A stretch of DNA of 64,000 nucleotides from Candidatus Zixiibacteriota bacterium (lineage in GTDB: Bacteria; Zixibacteria; MSB-5A5; GN15; FEB-12). The notes below the pieces were generated by a model. The model was not told the origin of the DNA, ran no database searches, and was given only the letters and a program-made list of their open reading frames with translations. Positions 18,206 to 27,643 of the stretch are shown here, piece after piece. The DNA is taken from positions 2,554,772 through 2,618,771 of the forward strand of contig CP070777.1 of assembly GCA_020346225.1 (NCBI GenBank). The letters are read 5' to 3'. Numbering within the stretch: the stretch's first letter is position 1; the number at the start of each line of letters is the position of its first letter. The position numbers and the translations under genes were made by a program.

Positions 18206-21200
18206 CGTTTGCCATCCTCCAGCGAGTCAAGCCTCTCGAGTTCACGTTCAAAAGATGAGAGCAATCCGCGCATCTCGGCATCGTCCGGGTTCACCTGCAG
18301 CCAGAACCTTAACGCGGCCGGAATCATCTGAGGCTGCTGCATCTGGTAGTACAGGCGAATAAGCTCTTCGATGACCGGCCGATAGGTGGGAAATTCCCGC
18401 ATCGTCTGCTGAAGAGTTCTTTCGGCCGCCGCGTAATCGCCGACATTCCTTTCCAGCCGACCGAGCATCATCTTCAGCCATCGTTTATCCCCGTATTCGG
18501 CCGTATCGACCAGGCGGATCAGCCCCTGCCGGTTGCCGGTAGCCGCATAGATGCTGGCCAGATAACTTATGCCATCCTCCGAGTAGGGTATAAACGCCAC
18601 TGCTTTTTCCATCAACCATTCGGCCCGGTCCGGCTGACCGGCTTTTCTGAGCGAATCGGCAATCAGGATAAACGACGGGATGTAGTTTCTGGTAAGCCTG
18701 AGAGTCGTCTCGTTCTTATAGATGGCGGGATCGTTTACCCCCCGGAAGCGAAACTTGTCGGGGTTGGTGAAGAGATCCACGCAGGCTTCAACATCCAGCG
18801 CCAGACCGCTGCCGGCAGCCCGGTCCAGCCGCCAGACCATACCCTGCAGGGTCAGCAGAGAATCGATCGATCGCGCCGCGTAGGTGCGCGAGGCCGACGA
18901 AATAGTGTTGGCGTAGTTGATGGGCCTGACGCCATAGTTCTGGTTAATGATCTCCGTGACCACCTGGTGCGACAGGCGGTGAATCACGCCGTACTGGTCC
19001 CGGAAAACCACCAGGGAGTCGATATGCTCATCCGTCCAGCTCATGCGGATGCCGAGCGTCGAGCGAAGTTGCTTGATATACCATTTCGTGCCGGCCAGAG
19101 AGAGATTGACAACGTCCACGTCTTTCCGAATTCCGTAGACTTCCTGCAGGCACCAAAGCGGAAAAGTATCATTATCGCCGCCGGTGATGAGGACGGCGTT
19201 CGGCTCAGCGGATACGAGAATGTTCCAGGCATAGTCGAAGGCGATGTAATTGTCGGAGCGGTCGGCCAGATGGTAGTTCCGGGCGACGGTGAAAACCGGG
19301 AGAATGAAGAGCACCAGCGATGCTGCGATGATGGTCTTGCGAGTGACAGCCGGCAACCTGGCGGAGGATTCCCGCACGAACTGGACAATGGCGGAAATCC
19401 CCAGGCCGATCGCCGTTCCAAAGAGCATAAAAGCCGGGGTGAAGAAATAGTCGCGATCCCGAACTTCGATATAATCGGCGCCCGTCACCGGGTGGCGGCG
19501 CGTGCCATCGGCGAAATTCATATAAAGCACCAGTCCGATCGAGGCCAGCAGCAGAAGGATCACCAGGGGGACGCCCAGTTGCGCCCGGCGCCTGAGGATT
19601 TCCCACATGCCGTACAGGCCGATAACGAAAAGGATAATGAATTTGAGGTGCCGCAAGCCGAATTGCTCGCTGAAGAAGCCCCAGAAACCCATGCGGCGGT
19701 AATTCCCGAACTGATTCTGCCATTCGGCGCGGCGTTTGAACATCCTCTCGACCATCGACATCGACCCGTACTGCTTGCGCTCGATGAAGTTTATCGTCGC
19801 CGTCAGACTCTGGGAAGGATTATTCTCGTTGATAACCGGCTGATGGGCCGAACGGACAGGGATGAAAATATTGACGGAGTAGCCCAGAACGGCGACCAGA
19901 AGAATCAACATGGCGTTCTTCCAGCCCGGCTGTCTGAAAGTGACGCCCAAAATGGGTATGACAACGGCAGCTATGAGCATACCGGCAACCATCTCCCGCA
20001 CCCCCAGTATGACCAGCGAAACCGCGGCGACCGCCACCAGGGTGGGCCAGCGGATATATCGGAAAAGACCGGCGATGAAAATCAATCCCACCAGCGCGGT
20101 GGCTATCAAAAAAAGTCCGTAACCGCGCAGGTTAAGCGTGACGACTCCGGCCATAATTGCGGCTGCCAGGACAAAAAGAGCCGCTACCAGTTGGTGCAGG
20201 TTCTCGCCGTGAGGTTTTCCGGCACGCACATAACGGACAACCAGGATTACAGCCGTCAGAGTCAGTAGGGCCAGCGCGGCCAAGCCGATACCGGAAAGGA
20301 CCGCCGAACCGCCGGCGGTCGGGTCCGGGGAGTTGGGACGAAGTAACGTCTTCAGGGCAAGACCGGCCAGGGGCAGTATCGAAATCATGAACCCGCCGGC
20401 GATATACAGATAAATTGAAGGCACCTTGTCATAGGAAAAGACATAAAACAGGTACAAAATGGCAACGATGGTGACAGGGACGTAATATGGTATTTCGTCG
20501 GGCAGCGACGACATGGCGAAGATCAAATAGAGTTCAAATATGAAGAAGGCACCCACGGCCAGCCATATCTTCTGCGGTGTCTCTTTTTTGAGAAAGAACA
20601 ACAGGGCCACCGGGGGCACCACGAGAAAAGTGGTCATGTGCACACCGATACCGATGTAGGCGATAAAGAAGACCAGCAGCATGACCCTCTCGCCGAAAGC
20701 CGTCCCGGCGTGATCCCAATAGACGAGCGCCAGCCAGAAGACGGCCATAAACATCATCATGGATAGTCCATACACCTCGGTCTCGACGGAATTGTTCCAG
20801 TTAGTGAGGCCGAAAGCAAGAAACAGAGTGCCGGCAACGCCTCCGCCGTACATGAGAACCCGTGACAGGCCGGTGGCGTTACCGCCGCACCAGGCGCGCA
20901 GAATCCTGACCAGCGCCAGGTAGCCGAACAGGGCGGCCAGAGATGACGTCACGGCCGAGAGCATGTTGACTCGGACGGCAATGTCCGATGACATGGGAAT
21001 GACGCTGAAAAGCCGGCCCAGAAGCACGTACAGCGGCGAACCCGGAGGATGTGGGATGCCCATGATGTACGAAGCGGCGATAAATTCGCCGCAATCCCAG
21101 AACGAAAGGGTAGGAGCCTTCGTCAGGGTATAAACGACCAGCACAAACAGCCAGACGCCGAAAGCGATGAAGGCGTTGACGGGGTCGATCCTGGAGCGCG

Positions 21201-21213
21201 CAAACAGTCTCAT
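18202..21213 (-). CDS. DUF2723 (TMEM260/GT-C-like) polytopic glycosyltransferase with C-terminal TPR region
   Basis: 1003 aa. Hallmark N-terminus SFWDCGEFIAASYIMGIPHPPGSPLY, more than 12 TM helices, and a TPR-like C-terminus. Confidence 0.8.
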   Translation of the reverse strand: MRLFARSRIDPVNAFIAFGVWLFVLVVYTLTKAPTLSFWDCGEFIAASYIMGIPHPPGSPLYVLLGRLFSVIPMSSDIAVRVNMLSAVTSSLAALFGYLALVRILRAWCGGNATGLSRVLMYGGGVAGTLFLAFGLTNWNNSVETEVYGLSMMMFMAVFWLALVYWDHAGTAFGERVMLLVFFIAYIGIGVHMTTFLVVPPVALLFFLKKETPQKIWLAVGAFFIFELYLIFAMSSLPDEIPYYVPVTIVAILYLFYVFSYDKVPSIYLYIAGGFMISILPLAGLALKTLLRPNSPDPTAGGSAVLSGIGLAALALLTLTAVILVVRYVRAGKPHGENLHQLVAALFVLAAAIMAGVVTLNLRGYGLFLIATALVGLIFIAGLFRYIRWPTLVAVAAVSLVILGVREMVAGMLIAAVVIPILGVTFRQPGWKNAMLILLVAVLGYSVNIFIPVRSAHQPVINENNPSQSLTATINFIERKQYGSMSMVERMFKRRAEWQNQFGNYRRMGFWGFFSEQFGLRHLKFIILFVIGLYGMWEILRRRAQLGVPLVILLLLASIGLVLYMNFADGTRRHPVTGADYIEVRDRDYFFTPAFMLFGTAIGLGISAIVQFVRESSARLPAVTRKTIIAASLVLFILPVFTVARNYHLADRSDNYIAFDYAWNILVSAEPNAVLITGGDNDTFPLWCLQEVYGIRKDVDVVNLSLAGTKWYIKQLRSTLGIRMSWTDEHIDSLVVFRDQYGVIHRLSHQVVTEIINQNYGVRPINYANTISSASRTYAARSIDSLLTLQGMVWRLDRAAGSGLALDVEACVDLFTNPDKFRFRGVNDPAIYKNETTLRLTRNYIPSFILIADSLRKAGQPDRAEWLMEKAVAFIPYSEDGISYLASIYAATGNRQGLIRLVDTAEYGDKRWLKMMLGRLERNVGDYAAAERTLQQTMREFPTYRPVIEELIRLYYQMQQPQMIPAALRFWLQVNPDDAEMRGLLSSFERELERLDSLEDGKR

Positions 21214-21344
21214 GTTCTATGGTCGGTATCCCCTGCCACCGGGCGGAGATGCTTCGGGGGCAGCGTCGAAAAGTCCAAATATACTGATTTTCAGCTCAAA
21301 GCACAAATCCTTTGCCGGCCCGGCAACGGGTGAGGCCCATTGGG

Positions 21345-21773
21345 CTATGAAGCGCTCTGAGCGTCGCGGCTTTTTATGAAACTATCAAGTATACCATTGA
21401 CGAACTTGGAAGATTCAACAGTTGAGAATCTCTTAGCCAATTCGATGGCTTCGTTGATGACCACCTTTACCGGAGTATCCGGTATGTAGGTCAGCTCGAT
21501 AATGGCCATGCGCAAGATGCTGCGGTCAATCGCGGCTATCCGCTCCAGAACCCAGTTCTGGGCAAGCCGCGAAATATGCTCGTCGGCCTCGCCGGAGTGG
21601 GCAACAACCCGGCTGAGCAGGGTCTTCGCAAACTCGAGGTCGTATTCATCAAACTGCTCGATTTCGGCGATACTCTCAAACGCTTGCTGCGGTTCCAGCT
21701 CCCCATGTTCGCAAGCGTAAAGGGTCTGCAGCACCGTCTCCCGGGCCAGTGTGCGCCGCGACGGAGTCATCAC
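21345..21773 (-). CDS. nusB: transcription antitermination factor NusB
   Basis: 142 aa. Contains [17 protein letters not shown] and [16 protein letters not shown]. It has a 4-nt overlap with ribH. Confidence 0.9.
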   Translation of the reverse strand: MMTPSRRTLARETVLQTLYACEHGELEPQQAFESIAEIEQFDEYDLEFAKTLLSRVVAHSGEADEHISRLAQNWVLERIAAIDRSILRMAIIELTYIPDTPVKVVINEAIELAKRFSTVESSKFVNGILDSFIKSRDAQSAS

Positions 21774-22243
21774 TTGCCGAGGTTGTCGAACAGGTTGACC
21801 ATTTCAAGGGCAGACTGCGCGGCATCCCAGCCCTTGTTGCCGGCCTTCGTTCCGGAGCGCTCGATGGCCTGTTCCAGGGTATCGGCGGTCACCAGGCCAT
21901 AGATGACCGGTTTGCCCGTCTCCATGGCGATCCTGGCTATGCCTTTGGAGGCCTCGTTGCTGATATAATCGAAGTGCGGCGTATCACCGCGGATAACGGC
22001 ACCCAGGCATATGACGGCGTCGTTGCTGTCCGATTTAGCCAGCTTCGAGGCGGCATAAGGGATTTCGAAGGCGCCGGGTACGTAGGTCACGGACATGTCT
22101 TTCTCTTCGGCTCCGTGACGGGTAAGGCAGTCGATGGCGCCCTCGAGCAGTTTGTCCGTCAGGAAGTTGTTGAACCGGCTCACCACCAGGGCGAAACGTT
22201 TCCCGGTTGCCTGAAGTTCACCTTGGTACACCTTGTACTTCAT
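21770..22243 (-). CDS. ribH: 6,7-dimethyl-8-ribityllumazine synthase
   Basis: [21 protein letters not shown] and VPGAFEIP motifs. The ATG at 22243 has GGAG 7 nt upstream. The ORF-track start at 22258 overlaps the ribBA stop. Confidence 0.9.
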   Translation of the reverse strand: MKYKVYQGELQATGKRFALVVSRFNNFLTDKLLEGAIDCLTRHGAEEKDMSVTYVPGAFEIPYAASKLAKSDSNDAVICLGAVIRGDTPHFDYISNEASKGIARIAMETGKPVIYGLVTADTLEQAIERSGTKAGNKGWDAAQSALEMVNLFDNLGK

Positions 22244-22257
22244 TGCGTTACTCCACA

Positions 22258-23472
22258 TTATTTGAGATTCAATATATGTCCCAATTTGTCGCGCTTGGTT
22301 TCGAGATAACCTTGATTGAAAGCGTTCGGGTTGATCTGAATGGGCAGGCGTTCGACGATTTCCAGACCATATCCCGTGAGACCGATCACCTTGCGGGGAT
22401 TGTTAGTCAACAGCCGGATGGAGGACAGACCCAGGTCGACCAGTATCTGAGCCCCGATTCCATAGTCGCGCAGGTCGGCCTCGAAGCCCAGTTCTTCGTT
22501 AGCCTCGACCGTATCGCGACCGTGGTCCTGCAATTCGTAAGCACGGATCTTGTTGGCCAGCCCGATACCGCGACCCTCCTGGCGCATATAGAGAATGACA
22601 CCAACACCCTCTTTTTCGACCATCTCCATGGCCCGATGAAGCTGGTTGCCGCAGTCGCAGCGCCTTGACCTGAAAACGTCGCCGGTGAGACATTGCGAGT
22701 GCACGCGCACCAGGACGTCCTTCTTGCCGAAAACATCGCCGCGCGTGAGGGCCAGATGATGGTGATCATCGATGTCCGACTGGTACAGATGCAGCTGGAA
22801 GTCTCCGTAGGCGGTGGGAAGCTCCACCGTGGACACTCTCCTGACCAGCTTCTCGGTCTGGTGACGGTAGGCAATCAGGTCGCGAATGGTGATTATCTTC
22901 AGGTCGTGTTCGGCGGCGAATTCCATCAGCTTCGGCACGCGCTTCATGGTGCCGTCATCGTCCATAATCTCGCAAAGTACGCCCATCGGCTTCAGTCCGG
23001 CCAGCCGCGCCAGATCGGTCGAGGCCTCGGTATGCCCGGCACGCGACAGTACCCCGCCTTTCAGGGCCTGGATGGGGAAGATGTGACCCGGTCGAGCCAG
23101 ATCCTCCGGCTGCGTGGAATCGTCGGCAATCGCCTGTATGGTTATGGCCCGATCATACGCTGATATACCGGTCGTGGTTCCCCGAACGGCGTCGACCGAT
23201 ACCGTAAAGCGTGTTCCCAGCTTGGCGGTATTGTTGTCGACCATAGGATGCAGCCGGAGTTGCTCGATCTTGTCCTCGGTAAGACAGACGCAAACCAGAC
23301 CGCGGCCGTGCTTGGCGAAGAAGTTAACCGATTCGGGGGTGATTTTCTCGGCGGCCATGATAAGGTCGCCCTCGTTCTCCCGGTCCTCATCGTCAACGAC
23401 AATGATAAACCGGCCGTCCTTTATATCCTCGATGGCTTCGGGTATGGTGTGGAATTTATACTTATCATTCAT
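22258..23472 (-). CDS. ribBA: bifunctional 3,4-dihydroxy-2-butanone-4-phosphate synthase / GTP cyclohydrolase II
   Basis: [13 protein letters not shown] (DHBP synthase) and [10 protein letters not shown]...CDCG (GCH II zinc site). The ATG at 23472 is preferred over the TTG at 23505. Confidence 0.9.
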   Translation of the reverse strand: MNDKYKFHTIPEAIEDIKDGRFIIVVDDEDRENEGDLIMAAEKITPESVNFFAKHGRGLVCVCLTEDKIEQLRLHPMVDNNTAKLGTRFTVSVDAVRGTTTGISAYDRAITIQAIADDSTQPEDLARPGHIFPIQALKGGVLSRAGHTEASTDLARLAGLKPMGVLCEIMDDDGTMKRVPKLMEFAAEHDLKIITIRDLIAYRHQTEKLVRRVSTVELPTAYGDFQLHLYQSDIDDHHHLALTRGDVFGKKDVLVRVHSQCLTGDVFRSRRCDCGNQLHRAMEMVEKEGVGVILYMRQEGRGIGLANKIRAYELQDHGRDTVEANEELGFEADLRDYGIGAQILVDLGLSSIRLLTNNPRKVIGLTGYGLEIVERLPIQINPNAFNQGYLETKRDKLGHILNLK

Positions 23473-23476
23473 CGGG

Positions 23477-24112
23477 TTACCATCCGCTTTCTCTGAGTTT
23501 TTCAATTGTGAGTTTACCTTTCTGCTTATTATCCATCATCTTCAGCAAATACTTGCCGAGCATATCGAATTCAAGATTGACTCTGTCACCGCGGCGGAGC
23601 CGGCCGACAGCCGTGCTGCGGAAGGTGTGAGGAATGATGTTCACCGACAGTCGCCCGGAACCCGCATCGTTGACCGTGAGAGAGACTCCGTTTACAGCGA
23701 TGGAGCCCTTTTCGATGACGAGATTGTCAAACCGCGAATTGAAAGCTACCGCCAGCTCCCAGGATTCCCCCTGTCGCGCGAACCGGTCGACAACGCCGGT
23801 GGCATCAACATGGCCGGTGACAAGGTGGCCGCCGAGCCTTTCCCCCGCCTTGAGCGCCCGTTCCAGGTTGACCGGGGAGCCCGTACGGTAATCGCCGACG
23901 ATGGTTCTGGCTATTGTCTCCCGGGAAGCTTCGGCGACAAACGAATGATTGTCATGCGAGGTAACCGTGAGGCAGGCGCCATCGCACGAAATTGACTCGC
24001 CGACTGCGAGAGAGTCGCCGGCGAAGGAAGCGCTCACCGTGAGCACCCGATAGTCGCCGCGCGTTGTGATTTTGTCGATGCGACCGACCGCTTCAATAAG
24101 ACCGGTAAACAA
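23477..24112 (-). CDS. ribE: riboflavin synthase alpha chain
   Basis: MFTGLIE... N-terminus with TTG start, and duplicated lumazine-binding repeats ([13 protein letters not shown] / [12 protein letters not shown]). Confidence 0.9.
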   Translation of the reverse strand: MFTGLIEAVGRIDKITTRGDYRVLTVSASFAGDSLAVGESISCDGACLTVTSHDNHSFVAEASRETIARTIVGDYRTGSPVNLERALKAGERLGGHLVTGHVDATGVVDRFARQGESWELAVAFNSRFDNLVIEKGSIAVNGVSLTVNDAGSGRLSVNIIPHTFRSTAVGRLRRGDRVNLEFDMLGKYLLKMMDNKQKGKLTIEKLRESGW

Positions 24113-24115
24113 GAT

Positions 24116-25219
24116 TCATGCCCCCTTCCGAGGATAACCGACGAATACGGTGTCGGGGCCGCTGGCAAAAGTGCGGCAGTTTTGAAAAGTCAGGGCTTGC
24201 GACAGCCGGCGAATATTCAGCTCGCCGACGGCGTCGATACCCCGGCCCACGATGACCGGGGCCGTAACGATAACCAGTTTGTCAACCAGCCCGGCCTTGA
24301 GAAACGAGGTGGCCAGGCGGCCACCGCCTTCGACCAGAAGCGAGTGCAGGCCGAAGTCGTCTGCTTTATCGAGCAGGTCCCCAAGATCAATGAGGCCTCC
24401 CGATGCCTTTTTGAGGCTCCAGTAAATCAGGTTGCGTCGCGGCCGGGACTTGATGCGGCTGGCCGCCGAACTTTCAGTAGTGGCAATGATTGTCCGCTGA
24501 TCAGGGTTGTTCTTCAGCATGGCCGCCTGTGGCGGAAGATTCGCCGAGGCGGTGACGACGATGCGGTAAGGACTATTACCCCTGACCCGTCGGACGGTAA
24601 GGGTGGGATTGTCCGCCCGGACGGTGCCCAATCCGACGATGACGGCGTCAGCTTCGGCCCGGAGCAGGTGAGTATATGTCAGGGACTGCGCCGAAGAGAT
24701 ATACTTCGACTCGCCCGACAGAGTCGCGATCCGGCCGTCCAGTGTCTGGGCCAGCTTGAGGGTGACAAAGGGCCGCTTATTTTCATGGTAGCCCATGTAG
24801 GCATCGTTGAGCAGCCGGGCTTCCTTCCGAAGTATCCCCAGTTCGACCCTTATGCCGGCCTTCCTGAGAGCGCGAACACCCTTGCCGTTAACGAGCGGAT
24901 TGGGGTCTTTGGCGGCAACGACAACCCGGGAAATACCCGCGTCGGTTATGGCCTCGGTGCACGGTCCGGTACGGCCGGTGTGGCAGCACGGCTCAAGGTT
25001 CACGTACATCGTGGCGCCGCGGCTGCGACCGGCTGCTTTCCTGATGGCAGACAGTTCGGCGTGGTCTGTTCCGGCGGCGCGGTGATAACCCCGGCCGACA
25101 ATCTTGCCGCCACTTACCACCACCGCTCCGACCATCGGGTTGGGGGACGTTTTCCCCCGACCCTTCTCGGCCAGATTCAAGGCCAATCGCATGAAATCGA
25201 TGTCGCTCGAGGCGGCCAT
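24116..25219 (-). CDS. ribD: bifunctional riboflavin biosynthesis deaminase/reductase RibD
   Basis: Deaminase zinc motif HAELSAI...LEPCCH, and the reductase domain TLKLAQTLDGRIA. The ATG at 25219 is used because the ORF-track extension to 25324 runs through the riboswitch. Confidence 0.9.
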   Translation of the reverse strand: MAASSDIDFMRLALNLAEKGRGKTSPNPMVGAVVVSGGKIVGRGYHRAAGTDHAELSAIRKAAGRSRGATMYVNLEPCCHTGRTGPCTEAITDAGISRVVVAAKDPNPLVNGKGVRALRKAGIRVELGILRKEARLLNDAYMGYHENKRPFVTLKLAQTLDGRIATLSGESKYISSAQSLTYTHLLRAEADAVIVGLGTVRADNPTLTVRRVRGNSPYRIVVTASANLPPQAAMLKNNPDQRTIIATTESSAASRIKSRPRRNLIYWSLKKASGGLIDLGDLLDKADDFGLHSLLVEGGGRLATSFLKAGLVDKLVIVTAPVIVGRGIDAVGELNIRRLSQALTFQNCRTFASGPDTVFVGYPRKGA

Positions 25220-25220
25220 T

Positions 25221-25245
25221 AAAAAACCCCAAAGGTACTTCGGGG
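25221..25245 (-). terminator. FMN-riboswitch expression-platform terminator / SD sequestor
   Basis: The minus strand reads CCCCGAAGTACCTTTGGGG followed by TTTTTT, ending 1 nt before the ribD ATG. Confidence 0.8.
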
Positions 25246-25273
25246 CATCACAGCCGAGGTGCCAGCGCAACCT

Positions 25274-25394
25274 TGGCACTGATCTTCTCCCATCCGGACT
25301 ATACCGTCGGCATCTGGATTTCACAGATTCAACCGGGTGTCTCCCGGCTCGCGGGCTTTAACCGCCGGTCGAGGAATTTCGCCTCGCCCCGAAG
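25274..25394 (-). promoter_or_regulatory. FMN riboswitch (RFN element) aptamer
   Basis: The minus strand reads CTTCGGGGCGAGGCGAAATTCCTCGACCGGCGGTTAAAGCCCGCGAGCC...GGTTGAATCTGTGAAATCCAGATGCCGACGGTATAGTCCGGATGGGAGAAG. This matches the conserved RFN core blocks. Confidence 0.9.
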
Positions 25395-25410
25395 ATATAT
25401 TTTATACGGG

Positions 25411-25438
25411 AATATATACGAGAAAGCACAAATGGCAA
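25411..25438 (-). promoter_or_regulatory. sigma-70-type promoter candidate TTGCCA-N16-TATATT for the rib operon
   Basis: On the minus strand the -35 is at 25438-25433 and the -10 at 25416-25411, about 15 nt upstream of the riboswitch 5' end. Confidence 0.5.
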
Positions 25439-25456
25439 GGGCTTTTTATTTGCGGC

Positions 25457-27586
25457 TCAAACCTCAACTAATTGTTCAACCAGGGCAGTTATTTCCTTGA
25501 GATGAAAAGGCTTGGCAAGCACGGCCCTGATGCCCTTTAGAGCGATTTCATCGTGGTTTAGCTGAGAGCCCCAACCGGTTATCATAGCGATCGGGATATC
25601 GGGCTTTTCCTCGTGCACCAGGCCGGCCAGGTCGAGCCCGGACATACCGGCCATGCCGAGGTCGGTTATCACCAGGTCGAAAGCCTCTTGCCGGAAGGCC
25701 TCGAGAGCACTGTAACCGTCGCAGCAGGACGTTACCTTGTGGCCGTTGACAGTAAACATGTCGGCCAGAACCTCTCGAATCTGATCGTCGTCATCGACCA
25801 CGAGAACATGAAGTTCCTTGAAATTTTTGGTGCGGTGGGTGATATCGGAATCCTCGTCAAGGGCCGAGTATTTAGGGAAAGTAACCTCAAAGACGGTGTT
25901 GGCGCCCTCGCCGGATTCGACTCTTATCTTGCCGTTGTGACGCGCAACCACACCCTGGACCATGGCCAGTCCGAGTCCGGAGCCGGGCTGGGGTTTGGTT
26001 GAGAAGAAGGGATAGAAGATCTTCTTTTTGAGGTCGTCAGAAATCACCGGGCCGTAATTCATGACCGAAAGAGAGAAGTGCTTACCGGTATCGGCCACGA
26101 TCACCTCTACCCGGTGGTTTTCGAAGGAGTGCTCCACGGCGTTCTCGACCAGTTTCTCGACTATCTTTCCGAGGTCTTTGGACGATCCCTCGATTTCGGC
26201 GGCATTGAGAAGGGCCGAGCAGCCCACGGAGACGTTCTTTTCCGCCGCCAGGCGCTGCCACCGGGCGTCGGTGTCATCGAGGTAAGTACGGACCACTTCA
26301 ACCAAGTCAACCTGCTGCAGATCTTTGTACTTGGCGCTGGTGCTGAATTCCTGTATTCGGCGAACCGTCTGAGCGCCGTCCAAAAGCAGGTTTTCTATCT
26401 TATCGAGGTCCCGAAGGAAGTTCTTATCAGCGACGCGGAGCTTCATCAGTTGCACCCGGCCTATGACGGCACCAATGATATTGTTGAAATCGTGGGCAAG
26501 GCCCGAGGTCATGTCGGCCAGGGCCGCCAGCGTCTCGTTGCTGGCCAGTCTCTGAGATGACTTTTTCAGAACCCTGTTAGCCCGCTTGAGATTTTCCGCC
26601 TGCCGCACCCGGTCGAGCAGGGTTGCAGCGGCACGGGCGAAGGTGGCCAGGAGTTGCCGGTCCCCTGAGGAGAAACGCTCCGGTTTACGTCTCCAGGCGA
26701 CGAGGTACATTTTGTCATCAGGTTCATCGGCAAGCAAGGCCGCCGTGGCATAAGGAGGGGGGTCGCCCTCGGTAATCACCAGGTCAGCCCAAACATGGTC
26801 AGGCCCGGCGTCCTGATCCGGTTTCCCGCCGGTTGAGTCTCGCAATCCGGTCAGGGCCGCAACGATAGCCTGGGCCGGCGGTTCATTGCCCACATAATCT
26901 TTGAGGCGAAGTTTGCCGGAACGTCTGTCCTGACCTATCACACAGAAATCGGCCGACGGCACCAGTCCGTCAGCGAAGGCAACAAGATCCGTCAACAGTT
27001 CTTCAGAGCCTTTTTCCTGCCCGGCCAACTCGCTCATACCGGCCACGGCATAAAGACCGACACTGTAGTTGGTCAGCTTCTCGAACTGATTGACAACTCG
27101 GTTCAGACCGCCGACGGCGCTCAGGATCAGGCCGACAGCCGGAGCAACTGCGACCAGGTCCAGTTCGGGTTGGCCGCACCAGTAGGCGACGACAACGCCT
27201 TCCAGTCGTTCTCCCAGAAGGATAGGGAACTGGCAGCTGTGATGGAATCCGTGCTTGACGGCAAATTGGTCCTGCGGGGCGGTCTTCTCCAGTACCGGCT
27301 GGTTCAGTCCCGCCCGACATTTTTCCTCAACGGCCTCGACGGTTTCCGTTTTTGCCCACTTCTCTTCCACCGGTCGAGAATCCATCGAGGTTCCCTTCAG
27401 CCGGTTGTCGTGGGAAACCATCTTCATGCCGGCCTGTTTGGGCTGACGCCACAACAGGGCGGCAAAATCCGCCGCCACCAAACGCGCCGCCAGCGAGGTC
27501 AGGCTGTTCAGTTGAACGGAGAGACCATCAATCGAGGCATCGCCTAAAGCGATGTTCTTTCTTCTGTGTCGAGGCAGGGCTTCCAT
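25457..27586 (-). CDS. hybrid sensor histidine kinase / response regulator with GAF domains
   Basis: 709 aa. GAF-like N-terminal half, H-box SGLAHDFNNIIG, HATPase_c (GSGLGLAMV), and a C-terminal receiver (HVLVVDDDD...DLVITDLGMAGMSG). Confidence 0.85.
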   Translation of the reverse strand: MEALPRHRRKNIALGDASIDGLSVQLNSLTSLAARLVAADFAALLWRQPKQAGMKMVSHDNRLKGTSMDSRPVEEKWAKTETVEAVEEKCRAGLNQPVLEKTAPQDQFAVKHGFHHSCQFPILLGERLEGVVVAYWCGQPELDLVAVAPAVGLILSAVGGLNRVVNQFEKLTNYSVGLYAVAGMSELAGQEKGSEELLTDLVAFADGLVPSADFCVIGQDRRSGKLRLKDYVGNEPPAQAIVAALTGLRDSTGGKPDQDAGPDHVWADLVITEGDPPPYATAALLADEPDDKMYLVAWRRKPERFSSGDRQLLATFARAAATLLDRVRQAENLKRANRVLKKSSQRLASNETLAALADMTSGLAHDFNNIIGAVIGRVQLMKLRVADKNFLRDLDKIENLLLDGAQTVRRIQEFSTSAKYKDLQQVDLVEVVRTYLDDTDARWQRLAAEKNVSVGCSALLNAAEIEGSSKDLGKIVEKLVENAVEHSFENHRVEVIVADTGKHFSLSVMNYGPVISDDLKKKIFYPFFSTKPQPGSGLGLAMVQGVVARHNGKIRVESGEGANTVFEVTFPKYSALDEDSDITHRTKNFKELHVLVVDDDDQIREVLADMFTVNGHKVTSCCDGYSALEAFRQEAFDLVITDLGMAGMSGLDLAGLVHEEKPDIPIAMITGWGSQLNHDEIALKGIRAVLAKPFHLKEITALVEQLVEV

Positions 27587-27643
27587 GAAATTACCGTCAC
27601 CGCAATTCTACCGATTAAAGCTCCCTCCCGCCTTCAGGAGAGC

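Noticed and set aside
16119-20268. Very long ORFs on the plus strand (16119-17267 at 382 aa, 17093-18331 at 412 aa, 18967-20268 at 433 aa), antisense to the flippase-like, GT4 and DUF2723 genes.
   Set aside because: Their translations are R/G/D/H/Q-rich with no motifs. The minus-strand frames carry unmistakable family signatures. Long stop-free antisense frames are expected in GC-rich coding DNA.
25220-25324. The ORF-track N-terminal extension of ribD (start 25324).
   Set aside because: It would translate through the FMN riboswitch aptamer and its terminator. The ATG at 25219 gives the canonical deaminase N-terminus.
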